DNA of 64,000 nt from Meiothermus sp. (lineage in GTDB: Bacteria > Deinococcota > Deinococci > Deinococcales > Thermaceae), in assembly GCA_033762915.1 (NCBI GenBank), contig JANRLD010000002.1, forward strand, positions 32,168 through 96,167. Reading direction: 5' to 3'. Shown here one piece after another: positions 32,664-42,926 of the stretch. The notes under the pieces are model-generated. The model had not been told where the DNA came from. It did not search any database and saw only the letters and a program-made list of their open reading frames with translations. Made by a program: the position numbers and the translations under genes. Each line of letters starts with the position of its first letter. Position 1 is the stretch's first letter.

Positions 32664-33590
32664 TCACCCGCCTTCTCTTTCCTCTTCCCCGCCTTTGCCC
32701 CTACCCCCCTCTCCCTCCTCCGACCAAACCCGCGCCAGCACCGCACCTGACAGCAGAATCCACATGGTCAGGTAGAACCCGATCAGGGCCAGCAGGAAGC
32801 CCGCGATGGGGCCGTAGAGCACCTCGTACTGGGTGCGGGGCAGCAGCAGGGGCAGGCCCAGGCGCATCCCCTCCCAGGTCAGTGCGGCCGCCAGCGCGGC
32901 CAGGGCCGCCGGGCCCGGCCGGGGGCGGCGCAGGGGCAGCAGGAAGTAGGTCATGAAGTACAGCGCGAAGGCCCCCAGGATGGGGATCAGGAACTCGAGG
33001 CCGCCCCGCAGGTCCCCCCAGCCCGCCGGGAGGTAGCGCAGCACGAAGGAGACAATCAGGCCCACCAGCGACAGCAAGATCAGGGCCAGACCCAGCAGCA
33101 GCGGGGCCAGCAGCCCCACCAGCCGCCCGCGCACGAAGCCCAGCCGCTGTAGCACGGTCCGCACGGCGCGGCGGAGCGGGCTGGGGTCGTAGGCGATGCC
33201 GACCTGGTTGAGGGCGGCCTGGGCCCCCTGCTGCGGGCTGACCCCGCCGAAGATGATCCCCAGCGCGTAGGCCAGCGCCGCGAAGAAGTTGGAACTCGAC
33301 CACAGCAGCACCACCAAGCTGATCGAGGTGATGGGGAAGGCCCCCCGCGTGAGGAAGCTGACCAGGGTCTGGGCGATCTCGGGCTGGGTGGGAAAGAGCA
33401 GTACCACCAGCTCGATCAGGCGCAATTGGAAGCCGTTGCGCAGGGTGTCGTTGCCCTCGAGGACGAACCCGAACACCCCGGCCAGCAGAAACAACAGCGG
33501 CATCAGGCTGAACACCGCGTAGTAGGCCAGCGCGGCCGAAAAGAAGGGAATGTGGGAGGAGTTGTAGAGGCCGTACACGCGGGCGAGCAT
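32664..33590 (-). CDS. YihY/virulence factor BrkB family membrane protein
   Basis: SAALAYYAVFSLMP, YG.IAG.L..L..FYL...ILL.GA. Confidence 0.85.
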   Translation of the reverse strand: MLARVYGLYNSSHIPFFSAALAYYAVFSLMPLLFLLAGVFGFVLEGNDTLRNGFQLRLIELVVLLFPTQPEIAQTLVSFLTRGAFPITSISLVVLLWSSSNFFAALAYALGIIFGGVSPQQGAQAALNQVGIAYDPSPLRRAVRTVLQRLGFVRGRLVGLLAPLLLGLALILLSLVGLIVSFVLRYLPAGWGDLRGGLEFLIPILGAFALYFMTYFLLPLRRPRPGPAALAALAAALTWEGMRLGLPLLLPRTQYEVLYGPIAGFLLALIGFYLTMWILLSGAVLARVWSEEGEGGRGKGGEEEREGG

Positions 33591-33657
33591 CCCGTCAATT
33601 GTATGGGGCGGCGTGAGGCGGGGTGAGGGGGAGATGGCGCACGGTGCTTGAGGCGCC

Positions 33658-33816
33658 CTACGCAGGCCCGACGCGGCCTCGAGCCTTGCGGCAGCGCTCC
33701 GAGCAGAACCTTACCGATTCCCAGTCCCTGGCCCACTTCTTGCGCCACTGGAAGGGCCTCCCGCAGGCCGCACAGACCTTCACCGGCAGACCCTCCTTAA
33801 ACCCCTTCAGCCTCAC
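33658..33816 (-). CDS. DUF2256-like small Cys-rich protein (52 aa), not in the ORF track
   Basis: [58 protein letters not shown] lies 6 nt upstream of GTG. Confidence 0.85.
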   Translation of the reverse strand: MRLKGFKEGLPVKVCAACGRPFQWRKKWARDWESVRFCSERCRKARGRVGPA

Positions 33817-33897
33817 GCCCTCAGGGTAGCACGGCCTCTTGAGGGTCTGCCGGCTCGAGCCCGCCCTCCCGCCTTCTGGCCCATTGCCTTGGCCGCC

Positions 33898-34686
33898 CTA
33901 CCCCTCTGCTCGCTCCAGCCACGGCAGCATCTCGAGCAGGTTGGTGCACTCCAAGTCCGCTGGGTAGCGGGGGTCCTTGGCCCGGAAGCCCCTCGAGACG
34001 AAGACCGACCTCATCCCCGCAGCGATGGCCCCAGCGATGTCGCGCTCGGGGTTATCGCCCACCATCACGCAGTCGGCGGGGTCGACCTCGAGCTCCTTGC
34101 AGATGTGGTCGAAGATGCCCCGCTCGGGCTTGCCGATGTCGACCACCCCGGATATTACTGCCGCGTCGAAGGCCATGCCCAGACCGCAGCCCTCGAGCTT
34201 GTCGCCCTGCAGGTCGGGCACCCCATTGGTGACGATACCCAGCTTGTAGCGGGGCTTGAGCGCCTTCAGCAGCGCGTCCACCTCGGGGTAGCGCGGGTAG
34301 ACCCGGCGGCGCTCTGCGTAGCGCCGGGCCAGGGCCTGCGAGAGCGCGTCGTCGTGGATGTTCTGATCGGCCAGGGCCTCGCGCCACACCGCCGCGCGGA
34401 ACTCCGGCGCAAAGGCGTGGAGGTTGTGGATGGCGGGGTGGTCGCCCTCCTCGTAGCGCGCCCACAGCCCCTCGCCCGCGCTGTGGCCGATGCGCAGGGT
34501 GTAGCCGTACTCCGGCGAGCTTTTCCACAGCCGCACCGCGTTCTGCTCGGCGCTCTGGACAAGGCGCTCGAGGTCGAGGCCGTACCAGCTGCCCGCGTAG
34601 AAGGCGCAGTCCTTGAAGGCGTGCAGCGAAACCGGATGGTCGAAGATCAGGGTCTCGTCGAGGTCGAAGAGGATCGCGGCGATCAC
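33898..34686 (-). CDS. HAD-superfamily hydrolase
   Basis: FDLDETL, VTNG, GKP, MVGDNPERDI. Confidence 0.9.
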   Translation of the reverse strand: MIAAILFDLDETLIFDHPVSLHAFKDCAFYAGSWYGLDLERLVQSAEQNAVRLWKSSPEYGYTLRIGHSAGEGLWARYEEGDHPAIHNLHAFAPEFRAAVWREALADQNIHDDALSQALARRYAERRRVYPRYPEVDALLKALKPRYKLGIVTNGVPDLQGDKLEGCGLGMAFDAAVISGVVDIGKPERGIFDHICKELEVDPADCVMVGDNPERDIAGAIAAGMRSVFVSRGFRAKDPRYPADLECTNLLEMLPWLERAEG

Positions 34687-34806
34687 CAGGAGAGTCTAAG
34701 GAGGAAAGCGCAAACAGAAAAGAGCAAGCAGAAAACAGGATGCCCGCGGTTTATCCTTTCCCCTTCCGAACAGCGACACCCTCCGGCCTGTTCGCGGTGG
34801 TGCGGC

Positions 34807-35355
34807 TTACACCGTTTCCAGAAGCTCCTTGGCCCCCACCTTCAAGGCTTCGGGCGGGCTGGCACCGGCCCTTAGGCCCTGCTCGAGGGCCATCATGTAG
34901 CTGTCTTGCATCAGGCTGGACTCGATGGCCATGATCTTCTCGAAGGCCTCGACCGCCGAGAAGACCTCGGGGCCGCGCAGGCAGTTGCGCAGGTGCTCGA
35001 GGCTCAGCTCCTGCACGATCCCCATGGCGGGCATGATGAAGCTGGGCTTGACCCCCACCAACGCATGAACCAAGCCGACGCGCTTGCGCTTCTCAGCGTA
35101 CTCGGCGTCGTAGCGGCCCGTGAAAATTTCCCTGTACCACTCGGCGAACTTGCCGTATAGCCGCTCCACTCGGCCCGGCACCGCCCATAGGATGGTGTGC
35201 ATCTCGGGGTCGCGGCCCAGGTAGTCGTAGAAGGCCAGCGATACCTCCGGCGCGATGGGGGCCATGCGCGGCTCGAGCCGCTGCAAGGTGCGGGCGTGGC
35301 TGGCCTCGAGGCCGGTTCGCCGTATCAGGGTTTCCAGAAGAAGGGGGGCGTCCAT
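34807..35355 (-). CDS. Single-domain protoglobin / sensor globin
   Basis: FYDYL, FTGRYD.EY...R.RVGLVH..VG (proximal His); start at 35355 is inferred. Confidence 0.8.
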   Translation of the reverse strand: MDAPLLLETLIRRTGLEASHARTLQRLEPRMAPIAPEVSLAFYDYLGRDPEMHTILWAVPGRVERLYGKFAEWYREIFTGRYDAEYAEKRKRVGLVHALVGVKPSFIMPAMGIVQELSLEHLRNCLRGPEVFSAVEAFEKIMAIESSLMQDSYMMALEQGLRAGASPPEALKVGAKELLETV

Positions 35356-35502
35356 CGCTGGAACCAGTCTACTCCAAATCGCCGTCATTACCATGCCTTA
35401 CCCAAGACTTTTGTCCCTACTCCAAAAAGTGATTTCAATCCGTCTGGGACGAGATAATTTGCGACACGAGAATCCGAGTATCGAGGCGGGAGCTCTTGGC
35501 CC

Positions 35503-38500
35503 TCAGGCCGCCCTGTTCTCGCCCAAAAATGCCTGCCAGCGCTCCGGCAGCCGCTCGCCCACCTCGGCAAAGCGCTCGCGCTGCGCCCGGTAGAACCGCT
35601 CGAGGCCTGCCGCGTTGCCGCCGCTGTGCAGGGCCTCGAGGCACAGCCGCAGGGCCTCGGGGCTGTAGGGGTCGGCCTCGAGCAGGATGCGTCCGCAGCG
35701 CAGGGCCTCTTCGGGGTCGGATGCGGCGAGGGCGCGGGCGGCCTCGTGCAGGGTGTGGTAGAGCGAGTCGCCCACCGCACTGTCCCAGCCCTCGCCCAGG
35801 CCATGCAGGTACGGCCCGCGCCAGAGGCGGGTGTCGCGGCCGCGCAGGAAGCGCTCGGCGTCGGAGCCGACCGTGCCCAGTGCGTAGCCCGCGGCGGTCT
35901 TGGTGACGGCGGCGCTGCCCAGCGCCCCGCGCAGCCGGTACACCAGCTGCTTGAGCGCCGACGCGGCCTTGTCCTCGTCCATCTCGGGGTAGAGCGTGTC
36001 GTACAGCTCGAGTACCTCCACTTCGCCGCGCCCGCTGAGCCGGGCCTCCAGCAGCAGGGCCAGCAGCTCCTGGCCCTTGCGGGCGCCGTAGCCCAGCGGC
36101 TCGCCCGCGCTGGTCAGCTGGAAGACCCCCAGCACCCCGACCTCGAGGCCGGCCTCTTCGGCCTCGGTGCTGGGCTCGGGAGCGGCGGGGAAGTAGCGGC
36201 GGGCGATGTTGGCCCAGTTGGGGTTGCCCACCTCCTCGAAGGTCTGGACACGGCGCATGGCAGTGCGTCGGTCGTGTTTGAGCCGATCGAGCTCGAGGCC
36301 CATCCGGTGGGCGAAGGGGGCGTGGCCCAGCTCGTGCATGGCCTCGACCGCGCCCTTGATGCACCGCTCGGCCTCCCCAGCCCTGCCCAGCCGCTCCAGC
36401 GCTAACCCCTCCACCCAGTCGGCGAAGACACTCAGGCGGGGGACGCCGTGCCCCCGGATCTCTGCAGCCAGCTGCTCGGCCTGCCGGGGCTGGCCGTGGA
36501 CCGCCTCGGCCCAGGCCACGAAGGCCAGGGTCTCGGCCAGGAAGGGCGCACTGCCGCTCTTGCGGGCGGCGGCCTCGGCGGCGCGGGCGCTCTTGAGGGC
36601 CATCGCGCCCCCGTGCGGCGGCGACCAGTCCAGGTATAGCCGCACCAGGCCCTGCCCCACCACCGCCAGCATCCGCTGGTTCTGGCCGCGCTCAAAGACG
36701 GTGCGGCTCTCCAGCAGCGCCTCCTCGGCCCGCTCGTACTCGCCCACCTCGATCAGGAGCAGCCCCAGGTTGGCCTGCCCCCGCGCGAAGCTGCGCCCGT
36801 CGCCCTGCTCGCCCACGTAGCGCAGGTAGGCCTCGAGGTCGGCGATGGCCTGCGGGAAGCGGCCCCAGCGGTACAGGGTGACGGCGCGGGTGAAGAGGGC
36901 CTCGGCGCGGTGGCGCTGGGTCTGGCCGAAGGCGGGGTCGGCGGGCTCGACTTGGTGGTAGAACTCCAGCGCCTCCCCCAGGGCCCGGCTGGCCTCGGCG
37001 AAGTCGCCCTGGTGCAGCGGGATGTCGGCATAGGTGCGCAGCAGCCAGGCCCGCTCCTGGGGCTGTAAAGTGGCTGCTCTGAGGGCTTCGTGCAAAAGGA
37101 GCTTGGCCTCCTCGAGCCTTCCCAGCTGAAGCTGGGACTGCGCCACCCAGACCAAGCAGGCGGTGTCGGGGCCGCCTTGCCCCAGTTCCACCGCCTCGGC
37201 GAAGCGTCCCCGCGCGTACAGCACCTCGAGGCCCAGCGACCGCTTGCGCGGGTCGCCGTCGGGCAGCCGGGTCACCCAGTGTTCTGCCGCCTCGGGCTGT
37301 CCCAGGCGCAGCAGCAGCTTGGCCTTTAGGGCCAGGGCCTCAGGGTTATGGGGGTCGGCCTCGAGAGACAGCGCCCCCTGCTCCAGCGCCTTCTGCGGGC
37401 TGAAGTCGCGCAGGATCAGGGCCGCCTCGAGGGCCAGCCCGGCGCGCTCGGCCCCCTGGCTTTGTGCGGCGGCCTGGGCCAGGAAGTGGGCCCGCTCGGG
37501 CCCGGAAGGGCTCGAGTCCGCCGCCCGCTGCAGCAGCGCCAGGGCCCGGCCAGGTTCGAGGCCCGCGTCCGGCAGGAACCGCGCGGCCCGCTCGGGGTGG
37601 GCAGCCTGCAATACCTCCACCAGCCGTGCGGCCACCTGCTGCCGCTCGGCGGGGCGCATCTCGCGTAGCAGCACCTCGCGGAACAGGGGGTGGACGAACT
37701 CGCCGTCCAGCAGCAGTCCGGCCCCCTCGAGCTGTGCCAGGGCCTCCTGAAGCCGCTCCGGGCTAACCCCGGCGGCCTGGGCCGTCAGCTCGGGCGCGAT
37801 GGGGTCGCTCAGCAGGGCCCGCAGCTCGAGCACCCGCCCGGCCTCCGGCGAGAGCTGCCCGCCGTAAAGCAGTTGCACCAGCAGGGCCTCGATGCTGGTG
37901 GGCATCAGGTCGGACTCGGGGGCCCGCCAGCGCCAGCGGCTGCCGTCGCTCCAGAGGTTGCCCACCCGGCTGAGGTGGCGGAAGTACTCGACGGTGAACA
38001 GCGGGTTGCCCTGTGCGCGGGCAAAAATCCACTCGCAGGCCTCGGATGGCAGCGCCGCCCCAGCCCGGCCTTGCAGCAGTTCCACCGACGAATCCAGGGA
38101 CAGCGAGCCCAGCGCGAAGGTCTCGAGCGGCTCGGGCGGCGGGGTGCGGGTCGAGAACAACAGCCCCACCCCCCGCACCCGCACCGTGGCCCGCGCCAGG
38201 GCCAGCCACAGCTCGAGGCCTTCCGGCCCCGCCTCGTGAAGGTCTTCGATGCGCAGCACGAAGGGGGCCAGGCTGCTGAGGTAGGCCGAGAGCGCGTCGG
38301 CGGCCTTGGCCGGGCTCAGCTCGGACAACTGCTCGAGGCTGCGCTCCACCCAGACCGGCAGGCCGCTGCTGGGCGGCAGCAGGCCCCGCAGCGCGAAGGG
38401 CGCGCCCGCATGCACGGTCAGGCTCTGGCAGGTGAGCTGCCGCAGCACCTGCTCGCCCAGCCAGCTCTTGCCCACCCCCGGCTCACCCCACACCGCCAGC

Positions 38501-38586
38501 GCCAGCCCGGCCCGCTTGGAGCTGACCAAACCCAGGCGCTTGACCAGCGCCTCCTTCAGCGTCTGGGGGTCGGGTGCGGCGATCAT
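35503..38586 (-). CDS. STAND-type AAA ATPase-TPR-wHTH/BTAD transcriptional regulator
   Basis: GEPGVGKS, IEDLHEA, GNPLF, TPR-like helices, C-terminal ALKQLVYRLR and DPYSPE. Confidence 0.82.
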   Translation of the reverse strand: MIAAPDPQTLKEALVKRLGLVSSKRAGLALAVWGEPGVGKSWLGEQVLRQLTCQSLTVHAGAPFALRGLLPPSSGLPVWVERSLEQLSELSPAKAADALSAYLSSLAPFVLRIEDLHEAGPEGLELWLALARATVRVRGVGLLFSTRTPPPEPLETFALGSLSLDSSVELLQGRAGAALPSEACEWIFARAQGNPLFTVEYFRHLSRVGNLWSDGSRWRWRAPESDLMPTSIEALLVQLLYGGQLSPEAGRVLELRALLSDPIAPELTAQAAGVSPERLQEALAQLEGAGLLLDGEFVHPLFREVLLREMRPAERQQVAARLVEVLQAAHPERAARFLPDAGLEPGRALALLQRAADSSPSGPERAHFLAQAAAQSQGAERAGLALEAALILRDFSPQKALEQGALSLEADPHNPEALALKAKLLLRLGQPEAAEHWVTRLPDGDPRKRSLGLEVLYARGRFAEAVELGQGGPDTACLVWVAQSQLQLGRLEEAKLLLHEALRAATLQPQERAWLLRTYADIPLHQGDFAEASRALGEALEFYHQVEPADPAFGQTQRHRAEALFTRAVTLYRWGRFPQAIADLEAYLRYVGEQGDGRSFARGQANLGLLLIEVGEYERAEEALLESRTVFERGQNQRMLAVVGQGLVRLYLDWSPPHGGAMALKSARAAEAAARKSGSAPFLAETLAFVAWAEAVHGQPRQAEQLAAEIRGHGVPRLSVFADWVEGLALERLGRAGEAERCIKGAVEAMHELGHAPFAHRMGLELDRLKHDRRTAMRRVQTFEEVGNPNWANIARRYFPAAPEPSTEAEEAGLEVGVLGVFQLTSAGEPLGYGARKGQELLALLLEARLSGRGEVEVLELYDTLYPEMDEDKAASALKQLVYRLRGALGSAAVTKTAAGYALGTVGSDAERFLRGRDTRLWRGPYLHGLGEGWDSAVGDSLYHTLHEAARALAASDPEEALRCGRILLEADPYSPEALRLCLEALHSGGNAAGLERFYRAQRERFAEVGERLPERWQAFLGENRAA

Positions 38587-38691
38587 CTGAAACCCATACT
38601 ACAAGGATTCCAACCCGTCTTGAACGGACCACCGGCACGACCTCGTCACGGCGACAGTTTTTTGCCCGGCCTTCGGGTATGCTTTTGAACT

Positions 38692-40017
38692 ATGCAACGG
38701 GCTTTCATCGAGGAAATCGCCAAGTTTGACGGCCAGGAAGTCCTGGTGCGCGGCTGGCTGACCGGGCGGCGCTCCAAGGGCAAGATTCACTTTTTACAGT
38801 TGCGCGACGGCACCGGTTTCATCCAGGCCACCGCCTTCAAGGGCGAGCTGCCCGACGACCAGTTCGAGCAGGCCGACCACCTGCCCCAGGAGACCGCCCT
38901 CGAGGTGCAGGGCCTGGTGCGGGCCGACGCCAGGGCCCCCGGTGGCTATGAGCTTTCGGTGCGCGGCATCAAGGTCATCTCTACGCCTACCCGCGAGTAC
39001 CCCATCACCCCCAAGGAGCACGGCGTCGAGTTCCTGATGGACAACCGCCACCTCTACATGCGCCACCGCAAGGCCTGGGCCGCCCTGAGGGTGCGCGACG
39101 AGATCGAGCGGGCCATCCACGACTTTTTCCACGCCCGGGGCTTCATCCGCATGGACTCGCCCATCCTCACCCCCAACGCCGTCGAGGGCACCTCGGACTT
39201 GTTCGAGGTGGACCTCTTCGATGGCGAGAAGGCCTTCCTGGCCCAGTCCGGCCAGCTCTACGGCGAGGCCGGGGCCATGGCCTTCGGCAAGATTTACACC
39301 TTTGGCCCTACCTTCCGCGCCGAGCGTTCCAAGACCCGCCGCCACCTGCTTGAGTTCTGGATGTGCGAGCCCGAGATCGCCTTCATGACCCACGAGGAGA
39401 ACATGCAGCTCCAGGAAGACCTGGTGGCCTACCTGGTGGGCCGCTGCCTGGATAAGCGTAAGCTCGAGCTGGAAATGCTCGAGCGCGACACGGCCATTCT
39501 GCAAACCACCGCCCAGGGCAACTACCCGCGCATCCACTACACCAAGGCCGTCGAGATGGTGAACCAGATCGTCAAGGAAAAACCTGAACTCGAGCTGGTG
39601 CCTATGGAGTGGGGCGACGACTTTGGCGCGCCCCACGAGGCCGCCCTCACCAAGCAGTTCGACCGCCCGATTTTCGTGGAGAAGTACCCCGCCGCAGTCA
39701 AGGCCTTCTACATGGAGCCCGACCCCGAAGACCCCCGCCTGGTGCTCAACGCCGACATGCTGGCCCCCGAGGGCGTGGGCGAGATCATCGGCGGCTCGCA
39801 GCGCATCCACAACCCCGATCTGCTCTTGGAGCGCATCCGCAGCCACAACCTGCCCGAAGAGGTCTTCGACTGGTACATGGACCTGCGCTACTACGGCACC
39901 GTGCCGCATTCGGGCTTCGGCATCGGCCTCGAGCGCACCGTGCGCTGGATCTGCGGCATCGAGCACATCCGCGAGGCGATTCCCTTCCCCCGCATGTACA
40001 CCCGGATGCGGCCTTAA
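38692..40017 (+). CDS. asnS: Asparagine--tRNA ligase
   Basis: [53 protein letters not shown]. Confidence 0.96.
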   Translation: MQRAFIEEIAKFDGQEVLVRGWLTGRRSKGKIHFLQLRDGTGFIQATAFKGELPDDQFEQADHLPQETALEVQGLVRADARAPGGYELSVRGIKVISTPTREYPITPKEHGVEFLMDNRHLYMRHRKAWAALRVRDEIERAIHDFFHARGFIRMDSPILTPNAVEGTSDLFEVDLFDGEKAFLAQSGQLYGEAGAMAFGKIYTFGPTFRAERSKTRRHLLEFWMCEPEIAFMTHEENMQLQEDLVAYLVGRCLDKRKLELEMLERDTAILQTTAQGNYPRIHYTKAVEMVNQIVKEKPELELVPMEWGDDFGAPHEAALTKQFDRPIFVEKYPAAVKAFYMEPDPEDPRLVLNADMLAPEGVGEIIGGSQRIHNPDLLLERIRSHNLPEEVFDWYMDLRYYGTVPHSGFGIGLERTVRWICGIEHIREAIPFPRMYTRMRP

Positions 40018-40320
40018 ACACGTTGGGAAAACAGCTCGCCCCGGCCCGCGGGTGGCCTCGAGGCGAAGTGCAGGAGTGCCGTCGGCATCCCCAGGGGGCG
40101 CTCGGTTCAGGAGTGGTCGGGCATCGGTGAGCGGCTGGTCAGGAAGAGTGCGAGCTGCAGGTGGCGCCTCAGCACCCAGGCCTGGAAGCCTCTACTTGAG
40201 ACGAGGCGCATAGCCCTGTAGCCTCGAGAAGCTGGGGGTCACCGGCCTCTACCGGCATCAGCTCCATCAGCCGCCCATCAGCCCGGCCTCATACCATGAG
40301 CCTTGGATTGGAGGTGTCTC

Positions 40321-41079
40321 ATGGACGAGGGACGATTTGCGGGCAAGGTGGCACTGGTGACGGGTGGGGCCTCGGGCATTGGGGAGGCCTGCTGCCTGAC
40401 CTTTGGGCGCGGCGGGGCCAGGGTGGCGGTGGTGGATGTGAACCCCGAGCTCGGCGGGCGCGTGGTGCGGGCGGTGGAGGAGGCGGGCGGCCAGGCCGTC
40501 TTCCTGCGTGCCGACGTGTCCGACCCGGCGGCAGTCGAGCGGATGGTGGCGGACACCGTGGGGGCCTTCGGGCGGCTGGACATCGCGGTGAACAATGCGG
40601 GCATCGGCGGCGAGCAGGCCCCCACCGGGCAGTACAGCCCGGAGGGCTGGCGCAAGGTGATGGCGGTCAACCTCGACGGGGTGTTCTACTGCATGCGCTA
40701 CGAGATCCCCCGGATGCTCGAGAACGGCGGCGGCGCAATCGTCAACATGGCCTCGATCCTGGGCACGGTGGGGTTTGCCAACTCACCGGCCTATGTGGCG
40801 GCCAAGCACGGGGTGGTGGGGCTCACCAAGGCGGCTGCGCTGGAGTACTCCAAGCTTGGCCTCCGCATCAACTCGGTGGGGCCGGGCTTTATCAAGACCC
40901 CTCTGCTCGCCGGCGCGCTGGACGAGCCGACCCAGCAGTACCTGAGCGGTCTCCACGCGACTGGGCGTATGGGCGAGGCCCAGGAGGTCGCCGACCTGGT
41001 GGCCTACCTGGCCTCTGACCAGGCCAGCTTCCTGACCGGCGGCTACTATCTGGTGGACGGCGGCTACACCGCGCAGTGA
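40321..41079 (+). CDS. Short-chain dehydrogenase/reductase
   Basis: TGGASGIG, NNAG, YVAAKHG; GGAGG RBS. Confidence 0.93.
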   Translation: MDEGRFAGKVALVTGGASGIGEACCLTFGRGGARVAVVDVNPELGGRVVRAVEEAGGQAVFLRADVSDPAAVERMVADTVGAFGRLDIAVNNAGIGGEQAPTGQYSPEGWRKVMAVNLDGVFYCMRYEIPRMLENGGGAIVNMASILGTVGFANSPAYVAAKHGVVGLTKAAALEYSKLGLRINSVGPGFIKTPLLAGALDEPTQQYLSGLHATGRMGEAQEVADLVAYLASDQASFLTGGYYLVDGGYTAQ

Positions 41080-41181
41080 CAGCACTTCCCACAAACATTT
41101 CGCACGCAGAGACGGAAGTGTGGGGTACTTTGCGCCCGCTTTAGCGCATTCCTGTACGAGGGGTAAGGGCGGGAGCCGCTG
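41080..41181. mobile_element. MITE-A-superfamily element (subtype D) at the SDR stop codon
   Basis: TGA-CAGCACTTCCCAC...GGGAGCCGCTG-TAA. Confidence 0.65.
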
Positions 41182-41202
41182 TAACAAGAGCCGCTATAAC
41201 AG

Positions 41203-41254
41203 GGTTTCGGGCAGGGGGTGGGGATGCCGGCATCCCCACCCCCAGCCCGAAACC
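41203..41254. repeat. 52-bp near-perfect palindrome between convergent genes
   Basis: GGTTTCGGGCAGGGGGTGGGGATGCCGGCATCCCCACCCCCAGCCCGAAACC, one mismatched pair. Confidence 0.85.
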
Positions 41255-41259
41255 GTGGC

Positions 41260-42120
41260 TCACGCCTTTTTCTTAAACAGGCCGAACAGGCCCCTGGGTT
41301 TGTCCGCAGACTTCGCGCCGGGCTGGTTCTGGGGCACCGGGGCACTCTGGGGCTTGAGGGCCTGCTGGAAGGCCTGAATCAACAGCCGGGTGGCGGGGTC
41401 TTTGTTGAGCATCCCGCGCACCACGCGATCGAGGTGCGGGGGGAGGTTGGTGGGGGGCAACACCTTGTGCAGGTGGGCGTAGGCCAGCGCGTCGAGGTCT
41501 TCGCCCACGAAGGGGCGCTTGCCCACCAGCATCTCGTAGGCCATCACCCCGAAGCTGTAGGCGTCGGAGGCGGGACTGGCCTGCTCGCCCGCAAACAGCT
41601 CTGGGGCCATGTAGAAGGGGCTCCCGGCCCGCTCGGTGGGCTTGGGGTTCTCCCTGGTCTTGGCCACGCCGAAGTCGCCCAGCTTGTAGGTTAGCCCGTC
41701 TAGGAAGATGTTGGCGGGCTTGATGTCCTGGTGGATGATGCCCTGGCTGTGGAGGAAGACCACCGCGCTGGCGATCTGGGAGAGGCAGTCCAGGGCTACC
41801 TCGCGGCTCATCTGGCCCTTTTTGAGGCTGTCGTCGAGGGTGCCTTCTTCCATGTACTCGAGGGCCAAAAACGCCCCCTCGCCCTCCGGGCGGCCCGACA
41901 GGCCGCGCACCAGGTTGGGGTGGTTAAGGGTGAGGGAGAGGGCCACCTCCTGGGCAAAGCGCTCGGCCATCACCCGGTCGGTGCGCACCTCGCGGCGCGG
42001 GATCTTGAGAGCCACCTCGGTTCCGTCGGGAGCCTTGGCCAGGTACACCTGAGAAGACCGACCCAGACCGATCAGCATGTCGAGTTTGAAGTTTTGGCGG
42101 GTCAGCCGACGATAATCCAT
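41260..42120 (-). CDS. Hanks-type Ser/Thr protein kinase (soluble)
   Basis: VALK, HQDIKPAN, DFG, YMAPE, SDAYSFG; start at MDYRR after GGAG is inferred. Confidence 0.92.
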   Translation of the reverse strand: MDYRRLTRQNFKLDMLIGLGRSSQVYLAKAPDGTEVALKIPRREVRTDRVMAERFAQEVALSLTLNHPNLVRGLSGRPEGEGAFLALEYMEEGTLDDSLKKGQMSREVALDCLSQIASAVVFLHSQGIIHQDIKPANIFLDGLTYKLGDFGVAKTRENPKPTERAGSPFYMAPELFAGEQASPASDAYSFGVMAYEMLVGKRPFVGEDLDALAYAHLHKVLPPTNLPPHLDRVVRGMLNKDPATRLLIQAFQQALKPQSAPVPQNQPGAKSADKPRGLFGLFKKKA

Positions 42121-42182
42121 GCGTTGAAGCTCCGAGCTACTCATAGTGTAACGGCCTCGGCGTTATGTGGGGGTTATTTTGA

Positions 42183-42857
42183 TTAGAGGCTGAGGCTCTG
42201 GCCGGGCTCGAGGGCCTTCCCGCCCACCCCCAGCAGCCCGGCGCGGGTCACGAAGGCCGCGCCGTCCTGGGCAATCGGGGGGAAGGTGTTGTAGTGCTGC
42301 GGCAGCACCTGCTTGGGTTTGATCAGTTCCAGCGCCTTCAGCGCATCGTCCGGCCCCATGGTGAAGTGGTCGCCGATGGGCACAACGGCCAGGTCAATCT
42401 GGTGGGCGGCCACCAGGCCCATGTCGCTGAACAGTGCGGTGTCGCCGGCGTTGTAGATGCGCCTGCCGCCCAGCTCGAGCACAAAGCCCGCCGCCAGTCC
42501 GCCGTAGGTGCCGTCGGGGAAAGAGCTTGAGTGCCAGGCTGGGAACCACTTGAGCCAGCCGCCCGCAAAGCGGTAGGTGCCGCCGGTGTTCATGCCCACG
42601 CCGGTAGCCCCTTGCCGGGTGGCGTAGCTGACGATCTCGAAGTTCGCGACCACGGGGATGCCCAGGCGCTGCGAGAGCGCAACCGCGTCTCCGTAGTGGT
42701 CGCCGTGGGCGTGCGTGAGCACGATCAGGTCGGCTTCTATGGCCTCCGCTGTGCTCCCCGCCTTGGGGTTTCCGGTTAGAAACGGGTCTACCACAACCCG
42801 CGTGCTGCCATCGCTGATCCAAAGCGCCGAGTGCCCCAGATACCTGACCTCTACCAT
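42183..42857 (-). CDS. UPF0173 metal-dependent hydrolase (MBL fold)
   Basis: YLGHS, THAHGDH, HSSS, AGDT, HYNTFP. Confidence 0.9.
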   Translation of the reverse strand: MVEVRYLGHSALWISDGSTRVVVDPFLTGNPKAGSTAEAIEADLIVLTHAHGDHYGDAVALSQRLGIPVVANFEIVSYATRQGATGVGMNTGGTYRFAGGWLKWFPAWHSSSFPDGTYGGLAAGFVLELGGRRIYNAGDTALFSDMGLVAAHQIDLAVVPIGDHFTMGPDDALKALELIKPKQVLPQHYNTFPPIAQDGAAFVTRAGLLGVGGKALEPGQSLSL

Positions 42858-42926
42858 GCTTGCCCCCCGCTGCCCAAACAGTATAGGGGATTGCTGTGCA
42901 AAACCTTAGGGGGTGGCGTGCTTTCT

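Noticed and set aside
33623..33829. Plus-strand 68-aa ORF
   Set aside because: Antisense shadow of the DUF2256-like gene
35503..38586. STAND ATPase as an antiviral Avs system
   Set aside because: No nuclease, TIR or SIR2 effector; the C-terminal wHTH/BTAD indicates a transcription regulator
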